Source: Nitrospirota bacterium (GTDB taxonomy: Bacteria > Nitrospirota > Thermodesulfovibrionia > Thermodesulfovibrionales > Dissulfurispiraceae). From it: a stretch of 64,000 nt of DNA. The translations under genes were made by a program, and so were the position numbers. Below, in pieces: positions 37,188 through 47,276 of the stretch. The notes beneath the pieces are model-generated. The model did no database searches and was not told the DNA's origin. It saw only the letters and a list, made by a program, of their open reading frames with translations. The DNA lies in NCBI GenBank assembly GCA_963710375.1, contig CAVPZX010000002.1, positions 224,001-288,000 of the forward strand, given 5' to 3'. Position 1 is the first letter of the stretch. Every line of letters starts with the position of its first letter.

Positions 37188-38117
37188 TCAGTGCACCTCT
37201 CCCGCACCCCAACAAGTCTTCGACTTTTCGGGGACCCCGCCGCAGGTTCCTTCCATTTTCAATACGTCCTGCATAGCAGCAAGAGCAACCTCTATCTGGG
37301 ATTCATCAGGCTCCCGTACCGTCATCCGCTGCAGCAGAAGACCCGGGACAACCATAAGGTTGATTACAGGATTATTCTTCATCCTGGCGGAAAACTTGAG
37401 CATCTCATAGGAAATGCCCGCAATAAGAGGAATAAGGATGAGCCGGGATGATGCCTTGGATATAAAAGACCACTGCTGCGGAATGAAAGAAAAGATTAGT
37501 ATGCTGATAACCATAACAATCAGAAGGAAGCTGGTTCCACACCTCGGATGGTAGGGCTTGTACTTTTTAGCGTTCTCAACAGTCAGCGATTCCCCGGCCT
37601 CGTATGCATATATAACCTTATGCTCCGCGCCGTGGTATTCAAAAACGCGCCGCATCTCTTTCCATAACCCTATCGCAAACACGTAAAAAAGAAATATTAC
37701 TACGCGTATTACTCCGTCGACAGCGTTGAACAACATGGAACTATTGGCAATACCATGAAGAAAATTCCCCATCACCTTTGTAAGCAGCAGCGGCAGCAAT
37801 ATGAAAAGCCCTGCCGCGAGCACCAGGGCGGCAGCCAGCGAAAGGCCCATGCTCAAGGGGCTGATCGGTTTAACCTGCTCTTCCTCCTGGTAGGCCACAT
37901 TTCCCGAAAATTCAAGTGCCCTGATCCCTATATGCAGCGCCTGGAAAAGCGCCACCGACCCTCGAATAACCGGCAGCTTAAGAAAGCCTGCCATCGTGCC
38001 TGTCTTCTCGCGCTTGAGGCTTATATCACCTTTAGGTCCCCTGACAGCAACGCTCCAACCCACAGGTGATTTCATCATCACGCCCTCTATTACAGCCTGT
38101 CCACCGATATTCTTCAT
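37188..38117 (-). CDS. DUF1385 domain protein
   Basis: [28 protein letters not shown]; conserved rpmE-DUF1385-prfA synteny. Confidence 0.92.
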   Translation of the reverse strand: MKNIGGQAVIEGVMMKSPVGWSVAVRGPKGDISLKREKTGTMAGFLKLPVIRGSVALFQALHIGIRALEFSGNVAYQEEEQVKPISPLSMGLSLAAALVLAAGLFILLPLLLTKVMGNFLHGIANSSMLFNAVDGVIRVVIFLFYVFAIGLWKEMRRVFEYHGAEHKVIYAYEAGESLTVENAKKYKPYHPRCGTSFLLIVMVISILIFSFIPQQWSFISKASSRLILIPLIAGISYEMLKFSARMKNNPVINLMVVPGLLLQRMTVREPDESQIEVALAAMQDVLKMEGTCGGVPEKSKTCWGAGEVH

Positions 38118-38174
38118 TTAGTTCTCCGAAATGCTCTTATGGCTATATAACCCTTTCCCCTTACGGAACCGTCA

Positions 38175-38221
38175 ACAAAAAGGGGTTAGATTTTAGGCAT
38201 AATGCTAAACTCTAACCCCTG
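38175..38221 (-). terminator. Intrinsic terminator after rpmE
   Basis: AGGGGTTAGA..TCTAACCCCT followed by a T run on the minus strand. Confidence 0.7.
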
Positions 38222-38234
38222 GTATCTATCGCAG

Positions 38235-38435
38235 CTACTTCTTTGCGTATTTCTTCCTGAACTTCTCCACCCTTCCTTCGGCATCTATAAGCTTCTGCTT
38301 TCCGGTAAAGAAGGGGTGGCACTTTGAGCATATATCAAGGCGTATATTTTCGAGTGTCGACTTTGTCGTGAATGTCTCGCCGCATGCGCATACGACCTTC
38401 GCTTCTTTATATTTTGGATGTATACCTTCTTTCAT
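38235..38435 (-). CDS. rpmE: 50S ribosomal protein L31 (zinc-binding type)
   Basis: [29 protein letters not shown]. Confidence 0.97.
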   Translation of the reverse strand: MKEGIHPKYKEAKVVCACGETFTTKSTLENIRLDICSKCHPFFTGKQKLIDAEGRVEKFRKKYAKK

Positions 38436-38599
38436 GGAAGTAACCTCCTAAGATTGAATTGGATATTTAGTTTAATATATATACTGAAAATTTATCAAGT
38501 TCAGGTTTAAAAGGCTATCCTACACAATGAGATTGTCTTTATAGTGACCCCAGTGTCAAGATTCCACTGGGTCAACTGTCAGTACGCCAGCACACTAAA

Positions 38600-38878
38600 C
38601 TTTAAGTTTAGACATATAAGCCAGGAGTTCAGCAGAATGATCTCTTTATAGATTCCACGGAGGACGCTCAGGAGCTCAATCTTTTCAAGAGCTATTAAGA
38701 CAGAGGTATCAACAATAACTATTTCAGGCATTTGATAATTCTTTATCAAGGTCGAGATATTGATCCCTAACCGGGGTTATCCCCTTATGCAGCAATATTT
38801 CAACAAATGCCTTTTCAGAATATCCGGCAATCTCAGACGCCTTGCCGAGTTACACCAATCCATCATCAAAATGTTTAG
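38600..38878 (-). pseudogene. Decayed UPF0175 antitoxin / DUF3368 PIN toxin pair
   Basis: Manual translation: FDDGLV*LGKASEIAGYSEKAFVEILLHKGI..ELSNA* (38878-38724) overlapping MPEIVIVDTSVLIALEKIELL..IYKEIIL (from 38731, truncated). Confidence 0.75.
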
Positions 38879-39105
38879 CCTACGGGGAAGGGGCATTTTT
38901 TCATCTTCACCAAGAAACGCGCATAAGACGCTGCCTATCCGCAGCAGGCGAAGCACATAACCTTAATTATTCATAAGATGTCCTGTTGACTTTTAAACAG
39001 GACAAGTATTATCCTATATATAGAGGTTTAGTTGTAAAGGGACTGAGTTATACTGCGCCGTCTTAAAAGGGGGCAGGAACGCTTTTCCTTAAAGGAGGTA
39101 GTCAA

Positions 39106-39264
39106 ATGGCAACGGAAACTTCAATAAGGATTGTTAAGTGTGAAGGTGAGATGCCGTTCGCTGAATGTGCGGCCATGAAGCAGGTGGTGGTTTGCACACG
39201 GCCGGCCATTGAGCGGTACGAGGGTGACGTGTTGGAGGATAACGAGGAAATATGGGCTGAATGA
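39106..39264 (+). CDS. 52-aa hypothetical protein missing from the ORF track
   Basis: AAAGGAGGT RBS; MATETSIRIVKCEGEMPFAECAAMKQVVVCTRPAIERYEGDVLEDNEEIWAE. Confidence 0.65.
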   Translation: MATETSIRIVKCEGEMPFAECAAMKQVVVCTRPAIERYEGDVLEDNEEIWAE

Positions 39265-39364
39265 CTCTGACACAGATTGTCGATCACTTGCACGGTGGCA
39301 ACAAGCAAATGGTGCGAGTGTAAGGTCCTGATAAATCAATTAGTTGTCTGAAAAGGAGGAAGTC

Positions 39365-39682
39365 ATGGGGAGCGCATCAAACATAAAGGATGTCAGAAGT
39401 TATTGTGATGTTGTTTACGACGAACTGACGGATATGAAGACGAGGTTGACGAGTCTGATAAATTCGATCGATTTGATGCAGGGATCCCAAAAAGAGATCG
39501 TTGCGTCACATGTAAGGCATCTCCGTGACATTGAGAATACGATCGACTGGAAGCTTGAAATTATCACAAAGGTGTGCCCTAACATCTGGTCGAGGTTGGG
39601 TGGGGACTCCGGGAGCATATTGGATATGCGTGCCGAAAAAATTGGTAATGAGTTTGTAGCAGAGGGCGATTTCGGCGGATAA
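39365..39682 (+). CDS. Hypothetical protein
   Basis: AGGAGG RBS; YC..coiled coil..VCP..W..GDFGG. Confidence 0.7.
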   Translation: MGSASNIKDVRSYCDVVYDELTDMKTRLTSLINSIDLMQGSQKEIVASHVRHLRDIENTIDWKLEIITKVCPNIWSRLGGDSGSILDMRAEKIGNEFVAEGDFGG

Positions 39683-39784
39683 TCGGCGTCAAGCTGATTA
39701 ACTGCTGAAAGACGCTGAAAAATGGCGTCAAGCACTCGATACGCCACGCCCACGGCTTTTGAGTGAGTGACCGCCATTTTTTTG

Positions 39785-39863
39785 TGTTGATGATGTCCAC
39801 TTCATCTTCAGATAAAAAGGAAAATGGAAGGATCTTGCGTATAAATTCCTTGGGCGGGATCAT
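39785..39863 (-). pseudogene. N-terminal fragment of a cNMP/CBS/DUF294-type protein
   Basis: MIPPKEFIRKILPFSFLSEDEVDII resembles starts of cNMP-binding CBS proteins, then runs into a hairpin. Confidence 0.5.
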
Positions 39864-39918
39864 TTAACTAATGTTTAAAGGCCTTTGTTACACTGTCCCT
39901 GTGGCAGAAATTATTTTC

Positions 39919-40170
39919 TTAGATTGTTTCAAAGTTATTTATAAATTGCCCAATCTGAACTCCGAGGTAAACGCACTTGACACCATCCATGCATTCATCA
40001 GCATCTTTCTTCTCAAGGTGAGTGGTAAGCTCATGTTTGTCTTTTTTGAACTTTACCAGATATGCATTCTTCTCTTCACTGAAATTCAGGCTGACAGAGA
40101 TGCCGTGCTGTTCAATTTTAGGATACATCTGCATTATTTTATCCTTTAGCGCAACGCTAGTATAACCCAT
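39919..40170 (-). CDS. Small conserved hypothetical protein
   Basis: GAGGAGG RBS; HELTTHLE..DADECMDGVKCVYLGVQIGQF. Confidence 0.75.
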   Translation of the reverse strand: MGYTSVALKDKIMQMYPKIEQHGISVSLNFSEEKNAYLVKFKKDKHELTTHLEKKDADECMDGVKCVYLGVQIGQFINNFETI

Positions 40171-40243
40171 ACGATCCTCCTCTTGAATAATACTGACTTA
40201 TTTCGATAAAACCTCTTATTAATCAGTCTATCAGAAAAAAAGG

Positions 40244-41302
40244 TCACTTGCAAGTGTCTGTACGAGTTGCAAACATTTTCGACATTGCCCCTTTTTCTAT
40301 GAGTGACTGTGATGGCGATTTTTGGCCAAGACTTTTGTGTGGTCGAATGCAGTTATAGAAGACAAGATACTCAGCCAATCGCATTCTAAAAAGTTTGATG
40401 TCATGTATTGAGTCGAGGTTTTGAGCGACGAACTCATCTTTAATTGTTCTGTTGTATCGTTCAATGAAACTATTTATCTTAGGGCAACGAGGATAACTAA
40501 AGAGATGCGGTATTTTGTGTTTTTGGAGTTCCTTATCAAAGTCACCGAGGAATTCAGAGCCGTTATCACTTTGCACAGACAGCACTGGGAGCGGGCAAAC
40601 AAGCATAAGGCGTTTCAGGAAGTCTGTTGCCGAGCGGCTTGAAAGCGAGCCGTAGCAACCAGTCAGGGCAAACTTAGTCACAACATCTATTGCTGAAATC
40701 AGGTACCGGGTAACACCGGCATCGTGAACAACTGAACTATCGGCCAGAAGGTAACCTGGTTCAAGGGGTTTGGGTGATTTTTTTACACGTTGTCTTTTGC
40801 ATTTCTCAGGCTGTTTTCTGTCGGGGTTGTGGTACACTCTGCCTGGGCTGCCCTGGGAAAAGAACTTGTATCTCTTGATGATCTTGCCTATTTTAGACTC
40901 AGAGATAGTAGTAATGCCCATTTCTTTGCAATATGCATCCAGCAAAGGTTTAAGTTTCTCTTTGCCGATTCTTCCGTACTTGCGTCTGTAGGCACGAATG
41001 AACTCTACGATACGCTGATCAACAGACATGGTCCTTACGTTATAGGGTTTTGTACTGACAGGCACAAGAGCTTCCAGCCTTCCTCCAGACTGCATGAGCT
41101 TTTTCTTCCAGGTATAAATCACCTTGCGATCTGCTCCAAAAGCTTCTTTAGTGGCTGCCTCACCATATTGATCGTAGAACTGAATGATCTTATGTCGCTG
41201 TTTTGCCACTTCGTTTTTATCAAACCTCTGAAGACCCCTGAGCATATCCTGTAGCCTCCTCCAGCCACGTATCCAGCTCGAAGATAGGATATGCCCGTGC
41301 AT
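40244..41302 (-). CDS. DDE transposase, IS481-like (rve integrase core)
   Basis: HTH N-terminus, AID, QSDNGSEF, IERYNRTIKDEF, YN..RPHKSLG..SP. Confidence 0.9.
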   Translation of the reverse strand: MHGHILSSSWIRGWRRLQDMLRGLQRFDKNEVAKQRHKIIQFYDQYGEAATKEAFGADRKVIYTWKKKLMQSGGRLEALVPVSTKPYNVRTMSVDQRIVEFIRAYRRKYGRIGKEKLKPLLDAYCKEMGITTISESKIGKIIKRYKFFSQGSPGRVYHNPDRKQPEKCKRQRVKKSPKPLEPGYLLADSSVVHDAGVTRYLISAIDVVTKFALTGCYGSLSSRSATDFLKRLMLVCPLPVLSVQSDNGSEFLGDFDKELQKHKIPHLFSYPRCPKINSFIERYNRTIKDEFVAQNLDSIHDIKLFRMRLAEYLVFYNCIRPHKSLGQKSPSQSLIEKGAMSKMFATRTDTCK

Positions 41303-41348
41303 AATGATCCATCAAACGTCAATGTCGAAAATGTATCGTAACTTTTTT
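40259..41348 (-). mobile_element. IS481-family insertion sequence
   Basis: Subterminal inverted repeat ACATTTTCGACATTG at both ends; TGT at the left end; AGTGTC direct repeat at 40253-40258 and 41349-41354. Confidence 0.8.
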
Positions 41349-41618
41349 AGTGTCTGTCGCTCGCCAATGCCCTTCCTGACTTCTTTATAACATAATCTGT
41401 AGGTAGGTGTGAGAAAGTGGTAACAACTTCGGCCAATCGTTTTAGCGCAAGATTGGCTGTGCTCCTTGCTTGCCGTTTTTTCCGATGGTGTTTTATTCCG
41501 GGTGTACTGTTGATAAAGTTTTATTCTTCTGAAATTACTGATAGCGGGGGTCAACGCATAAAATTTGCCTCATATATAATGCGTCATTGTTTTATGACAG
41601 TTAATAGCTACTATTCAA

Positions 41619-41671
41619 TAAAAAAAACCCGGCACCCGGGCACTCAAGTCGTTTGAGTGCCCGATGCCGGC
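41619..41671 (-). terminator. Intrinsic terminator after hppA
   Basis: CCGGCA..CGGGCACTCAA / TTGAGTGCCCG..TGCCGG stem followed by a long T run on the minus strand. Confidence 0.8.
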
Positions 41672-41692
41672 CTTTGGAGCAAAAATATACGA

Positions 41693-43771
41693 CTACTTAA
41701 GCAAAGGCACGATCAGCAGTGCCACTATGTTGATAACCTTGATCATCGGGTTGATCGCCGGACCGGCTGTATCCTTGTATGGATCGCCTACAGTGTCACC
41801 AGTGACAGAGGCTTTGTGTCCGTCGCTCCCCTTCTTATGAACTACGCCCTTGTCGTCGGTAACGCCATTTTCAAAAGACTTTTTGGCGTTGTCCCAGGCT
41901 CCGCCGCCGCTTGTCATGGCAATAGCCTGGAAGAGTCCGGTCAGGATACTTCCGATAAGAACACCACCGAGAGCTTCCTTGCCAAGGAGAAGACCTACAA
42001 CAATCGGAACAACAACAGGAATAAGTGCAGGTACCATCATCTGTTTTATAGCGCCTTTTGTGACGATGTCAACACACTTTCCGTATTCCGGCTTCGCCTT
42101 GTATTCCATAATGCCGGGGATCTCCCTGAACTGCCTTCTCACCTCTTCAACAATACTGCCCGCTGCCTTTCCAACTGCTTCCATAAGGAGTGAGCCGTAG
42201 TAATAAGGAAGAAGTCCGCCGATAAAAAGACCGGCCAGGACCATCGGGTTTGAAAGGTCAAAATAAAGCTGTGTACTAAAGGACCTCGAATACTCCGCAA
42301 AGAGGACCAGGGCTGCAAGAGCTGCTGAGCCGATAGCATAACCCTTTGTAACAGCCTTTGTTGTGTTTCCGACTGCATCCAATGGATCTGTGATGTTACG
42401 GATCTCTTCAGGCAGTCCTGCCATTTCAGCTATACCGCCTGCATTGTCAGTTATCGGTCCATACGAGTCAATCGCAACAACAATCCCTGTCATTGAAAGC
42501 ATCGAAACCGCTGACAGGGCTATAGCAAAAAGACCGCCCGCTGCGTCCCCATTAAATCCACCGCCCAACGAATACGCGCCAAGGATTGAAGCGACGATAA
42601 CGACAACAGGAGCACCTGTGGACTTCATGCTGACTGCTAATCCTGCGATTACGTTAGTGCCGTGGCCGGTCAGACTGGCTTTGGCAATATGTTTTACAGG
42701 TGGATATTCCGAGGAAGTAAAATACTCGGTTATAGCCACAATCAGGCCTGTCAATGCAAGGCCGATAAGCGCCATAAGAAAAACATTCATCTGCGTAAAT
42801 GACGGATGAGCCATCAGTGAAGCCTGAACTGATGCTCCTTTCAGGAACTGGCCTGTCACAAGATAAAATGTTACTGCCGCAAGAATGCCTGCAACAGCAA
42901 GCCCCTTATACAGGGCGCCCATGATATACTGGCTTTTACCGAGCCTCACTGCAAATGTTCCGATAATGGAAGCGATAATCGATATTCCGCCGAGGAGCAA
43001 TGGGAATTCAACCCATGGGCTTTCAACGCCAAAAACCGTCTTGGCAAGGAGCATTGCCGCAACGAGTGTAACCGTGTATGTTTCATAAAGGTCAGCAGCC
43101 ATTCCTGCACAGTCCCCGACGTTGTCGCCAACGTTGTCTGCGATAACAGCAGGGTTCCTGGGATCATCCTCGGGTATTCCTGCCTCGACCTTACCAACAA
43201 GGTCGGCGCCTACGTCAGCAGCCTTAGTGTAGATACCGCCTGCTATACGCGCAAACACGCTCATGAGCGAGCATCCGAACCCGAGACCAATGAGGGCACG
43301 AAATGCCATCTCAGGATCAGCCTGCTTCGCGGTATAATAAAAACACGAAAGTCCTATGATTCCGAGACCAACGACCATAACGCCTGTCACTGAGCCGCCC
43401 TTAAATGCAAGGCCGAGGGCAGCCTGAAGACCCTTGTGCGCCGCCTGTGTGGTGCGGACGTTTGCCCTGACAGTAACCCACATGCCGACAAAACCTGCGA
43501 GTGCTGAACCTACGGTGCCGATGACAAAACCAATAGCCGTCCATGTGCCAAACCCAAACGCTGCGATAAGTATAACGAGAATGACTGCAACCATCGCTAC
43601 AGTTTTATATTCGCGTGCAAGGAACGCATATGCTCCTTCTTTCACCGCATTAGAGATATCCTGCATCTTGGCACTTCCAGCATCCTGCTTCGATACCCAC
43701 ATTGCGGTCATAACAGCGTATATCACGCCTACGATTCCGCAACAAATGGCAAAAAGTATTGTTCCGCTCAT
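41693..43771 (-). CDS. hppA: Membrane-bound proton-translocating pyrophosphatase (K+-independent signature)
   Basis: [36 protein letters not shown] with Lys, [10 protein letters not shown]. Confidence 0.95.
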   Translation of the reverse strand: MSGTILFAICCGIVGVIYAVMTAMWVSKQDAGSAKMQDISNAVKEGAYAFLAREYKTVAMVAVILVILIAAFGFGTWTAIGFVIGTVGSALAGFVGMWVTVRANVRTTQAAHKGLQAALGLAFKGGSVTGVMVVGLGIIGLSCFYYTAKQADPEMAFRALIGLGFGCSLMSVFARIAGGIYTKAADVGADLVGKVEAGIPEDDPRNPAVIADNVGDNVGDCAGMAADLYETYTVTLVAAMLLAKTVFGVESPWVEFPLLLGGISIIASIIGTFAVRLGKSQYIMGALYKGLAVAGILAAVTFYLVTGQFLKGASVQASLMAHPSFTQMNVFLMALIGLALTGLIVAITEYFTSSEYPPVKHIAKASLTGHGTNVIAGLAVSMKSTGAPVVVIVASILGAYSLGGGFNGDAAGGLFAIALSAVSMLSMTGIVVAIDSYGPITDNAGGIAEMAGLPEEIRNITDPLDAVGNTTKAVTKGYAIGSAALAALVLFAEYSRSFSTQLYFDLSNPMVLAGLFIGGLLPYYYGSLLMEAVGKAAGSIVEEVRRQFREIPGIMEYKAKPEYGKCVDIVTKGAIKQMMVPALIPVVVPIVVGLLLGKEALGGVLIGSILTGLFQAIAMTSGGGAWDNAKKSFENGVTDDKGVVHKKGSDGHKASVTGDTVGDPYKDTAGPAINPMIKVINIVALLIVPLLK

Positions 43772-43910
43772 TAACCCTCTCCTCCTTTTAAAATATCTTT
43801 ACAATTAAACCGTTGTTAAAATGAAGCCTTTCCGCTGATACGCTCTATGAATCTATCCGCATGGACTGGTACCCTGTCCGTTACTCAACTTTCACCTCCC
43901 TCTTCACAAG

Positions 43911-45059
43911 TTATTCCCTTCCGGCTTGCCGCGCGAAAACCATGGCCGCAGCCCTGTATACCATGTGTGCCATTTTCGAAAACGGCGCATAAGCAAAAAG
44001 AAAAAAGATAAAAACCAGGTGGATGAAGTATACAATGTAAGCGAGCGGGTCAACATCCGCAAGCCGCAAGACTTCCGATAAAATACCCGTGACCACAATC
44101 GTAAAGATGACCACGATAAAGAGCCAGTCAAAATAACTTCCGCCGCCTGCCTTTTCGGCATTCTTCATACGGTTAGCAGTAACGTACAGCATTCCGAGCA
44201 GCAGGGCAATCGCGCTTGCGTTGCCGACGATCTTCATCGGATCATATAGTGGATAGGGCGTTTCGCCAAAGTGAAAAAGAGACGTCGGCTGGATGCCGAA
44301 GATTTCATGCCCGTAAAGATACAGGACGCCCCATCCCGTCGTTATGGCAAGGCCTATAAACGCATAAAAAACCAGCATGTGCGCTGTCGAGCGGTCTTTT
44401 GTGACATTGCACTTCTGGAATCTCTCGTGGGACAATATATCGACGATCGTCGCTTTTAAGCTGTCCATTACACTGCCCTTCAACTGAGCACCGGCGCACA
44501 TATCCGTCCAGTAGTTTTTTATACCCATAAAAAAGGATATTACGGCAAATACGCTCGCCAGTATAAAAACAGTATCTATGTACGGTACCGGTATTAAATG
44601 AGAGTAAACGATCCCCCCGTCATCGCCTCTCGGGATGTTCGAAAAATGACCAAGCGCACCGATGATCCCGAGGAAAATAAGGACCGGCAGTGCAAACAGC
44701 AGGATAACATATTTCGGATCCGCAGTCATATTGGCCAATGCGCCGGGCACCGAATAATTCTTGATCGTCAGCTTCCTTATGGCGCCCAGCACCTCTCCGG
44801 GCTTTGCGCCCCTCGGGCAGTAGGCAGTGCAATCGCTGCACTGGTGGCAGAGCCAGACATCGGGGTTGCTTATCAGCTTGTCTTTCATTCCCCACTGCGC
44901 ATAAATCATCTCTTTCCTCGGGAAAGGTTTTTCATCGGGGGTGACATTGCATACGACAGTGCAAGTGGAGCACTGGTAGCATTTTTTCAACGACTCTCCC
45001 CCCGACGCAATAATATCTTTCACAAAATTTAAATCAGGCTTTATTAGTTGCTCCGGCAT
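43911..45059 (-). CDS. qmoC: Quinone-interacting membrane-bound oxidoreductase subunit C
   Basis: CYQCSTCTVVC and CHQCSDCTAYCP plus TM part ending SKMAHMVYR. Confidence 0.93.
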   Translation of the reverse strand: MPEQLIKPDLNFVKDIIASGGESLKKCYQCSTCTVVCNVTPDEKPFPRKEMIYAQWGMKDKLISNPDVWLCHQCSDCTAYCPRGAKPGEVLGAIRKLTIKNYSVPGALANMTADPKYVILLFALPVLIFLGIIGALGHFSNIPRGDDGGIVYSHLIPVPYIDTVFILASVFAVISFFMGIKNYWTDMCAGAQLKGSVMDSLKATIVDILSHERFQKCNVTKDRSTAHMLVFYAFIGLAITTGWGVLYLYGHEIFGIQPTSLFHFGETPYPLYDPMKIVGNASAIALLLGMLYVTANRMKNAEKAGGGSYFDWLFIVVIFTIVVTGILSEVLRLADVDPLAYIVYFIHLVFIFFLFAYAPFSKMAHMVYRAAAMVFARQAGRE

Positions 45060-45070
45060 CCTTATACCTC

Positions 45071-47272
45071 CTACATTTTATACGGATTGGGACCAAATCC
45101 TTCCAATTTCTGAAGAAACTCATCCAATATTTGCGGTATCTTATGGTATTCCGAAATTGATACTTGCGTCATTTGGACCCTTCCAGACTCAAGCTTTAAT
45201 CTGTCCAGTGTTTCGGCGACCTTCGACAATCTGATTTTTGCCAGGTGGCTCCCCGTAGCCATATGACACTGGTAATCTTCGCCGTATTGACATCCCATAA
45301 GAAGCACGCCGTCGATACCCTTTGAAAGGGCATCCGCCACCCACACAAGGTTCATTGAACCTATGCACCTCAAAGGAACAACCCTCACGAATGGATTAAA
45401 TTGCAGGCGGTTGATTCCGGCCATATCCAGCGCCGGATAAGCGTCATTTTCACAGGCGAAAACTATGACTCTCGGCTTTTCGTCCTCTTCTCCTGGAACC
45501 TCTATATTCTTGACCATGTTCCCGATCATGTCAACCGAGTAGTTCTTGAAGCTGATAATCCTCTCAGGACAGGCGCCTAGGCAAACTGCACATCTTCTGC
45601 AGCGTGTCGGATTGTAAACCGGGTTTGCCTTCTCGTCTTCATTGATTGCGCCGAAGGGACATTCCTCTGTGCATCTCTTGCACTGCGTACATTTCTGCAT
45701 AAAAAAGTCGGCATAGGATATATCACCGACTCTCGGATGCACAGCCTCACCCCTCGATGTCAGCTCAATACACTGGATCGCTTTCAGGGCTGCACCGGCA
45801 GCATCTTCCTTGGCGGATGTTATATCCAGAGGCGCCCTGACAGTGCCGGCCGAATATACACCGGTTCGTCGGGTTTCATAAGGAAAACAGATAAAGTTTG
45901 AATCAGGATAACCGTGCGCAAGAGAAGGCAGCTCTCCTCCCTGCCTGTACCCGAGATTTAAGGTATTTGTTTCGATCATTACATAAGGGATAAACTCGTC
46001 CCCAGGTTTTACGCCGGGAGGCAGTATCTCTTCGCCTAATCCCGTGACCGGAACCATGCCTGTGGCAAGCACAACAAGGTCCGCTTCCACACTGATCTTT
46101 TCACCAACAAGAGTATTTTCCACACTGACTATCAGGTTCTGATTATCACCTTCCGTAATTCCTTTAACTTCTCCCTTGGTCAAGAACACCCCCGGATCAT
46201 TCTGCATGCTCTTATAGAAGTATTCATAATGACCGGGCGTTCTCATGTCTTTGTAGAATATAAAGACCTTTGCATCGGGGTCCTGGTTCCTCACATACTT
46301 TGCCTGTTTAAGAGATTCGACACAGCATGTTGCCGAACAGTACGGTAAATGATTCTCATCCCTCTGTCCGGCACACTGTATAAAGGCGACGCTCTTAGCG
46401 GGTTTCCCGTCCGAAGGACGAAGAATTGCTCCCTTCAGGGCCAGTCCTTCCATCATGTAATTAGTAATGACATTGGGATATTTACCAAAACCAAGATGGT
46501 CGATTTTTGTTGCATCATAGGGTACCGTACCGACAGCTTCAACTACAGCTCCCGCTCTGAGAGTCTCGGAATTACCGTTCTGTTTTACCGTAACACTATA
46601 AATGCCCGGAGCCCCGTCTATCTTTTCCACCTGCGCAGACGTAAATATTTTAACCTTCGGATTCTGCCGGACTTCTTTGATCAAATCACTGATCTCCGGC
46701 TCTTCCAGATTTTCGTAAGGAGGCTTCGTGGGCGCCTGTTTGTAAATATTGGCCATCCAGCCGCCGAGAGAATCGCTCTTTTCCACCAGAAAGACATCAT
46801 AACCTGCCTTGGCTGCCTGATTGGCAGCAGTAATTCCCGAGAGACCTCCGCCGACAACCAGCACATTTCTGCAGAGGTCCTCCACCTTATAAGGTTCAGG
46901 AGCCTCAATCTTGTTCATTTTCAAGATACCCATCCTGATGTAGTCTTCAGCCATCATCTGCGTATCTTCATCATTCGGTTTGTGCGTCCAGACAACCTGC
47001 TCCCTGAGATTGACCCTTTCCACAAGGGGGATACCCAGGTCAAAGGTGTCATAATGCACACGCGGGGAACAGGCAGCGATTATCACTGCGTTGACGCCTT
47101 CGGCAGCCATATCATTCTTAATGAAGTCCACCCCTTCCTTGAGACAAAGAGACGGATGTTCTTTGACAACAGGCGCCTTCATTTTTACGGCAACCTTCTT
47201 TAAACCCTCTATATCGAGTGCCTTGCCAATCTCGCAATCAGTGCAAATATAAACGCCTATCTTTTTATCCAT
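45071..47272 (-). CDS. qmoB: QmoB (HdrA-like flavoprotein, ferredoxin, MvhD domain)
   Basis: Start MDKKIGVYIC; VVGGGLSG, CAGQRDENHLPYCS, two ferredoxin motifs, FACENDAY..RCIG..GC..CH. Confidence 0.93.
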   Translation of the reverse strand: MDKKIGVYICTDCEIGKALDIEGLKKVAVKMKAPVVKEHPSLCLKEGVDFIKNDMAAEGVNAVIIAACSPRVHYDTFDLGIPLVERVNLREQVVWTHKPNDEDTQMMAEDYIRMGILKMNKIEAPEPYKVEDLCRNVLVVGGGLSGITAANQAAKAGYDVFLVEKSDSLGGWMANIYKQAPTKPPYENLEEPEISDLIKEVRQNPKVKIFTSAQVEKIDGAPGIYSVTVKQNGNSETLRAGAVVEAVGTVPYDATKIDHLGFGKYPNVITNYMMEGLALKGAILRPSDGKPAKSVAFIQCAGQRDENHLPYCSATCCVESLKQAKYVRNQDPDAKVFIFYKDMRTPGHYEYFYKSMQNDPGVFLTKGEVKGITEGDNQNLIVSVENTLVGEKISVEADLVVLATGMVPVTGLGEEILPPGVKPGDEFIPYVMIETNTLNLGYRQGGELPSLAHGYPDSNFICFPYETRRTGVYSAGTVRAPLDITSAKEDAAGAALKAIQCIELTSRGEAVHPRVGDISYADFFMQKCTQCKRCTEECPFGAINEDEKANPVYNPTRCRRCAVCLGACPERIISFKNYSVDMIGNMVKNIEVPGEEDEKPRVIVFACENDAYPALDMAGINRLQFNPFVRVVPLRCIGSMNLVWVADALSKGIDGVLLMGCQYGEDYQCHMATGSHLAKIRLSKVAETLDRLKLESGRVQMTQVSISEYHKIPQILDEFLQKLEGFGPNPYKM

Positions 47273-47276
47273 TGAT

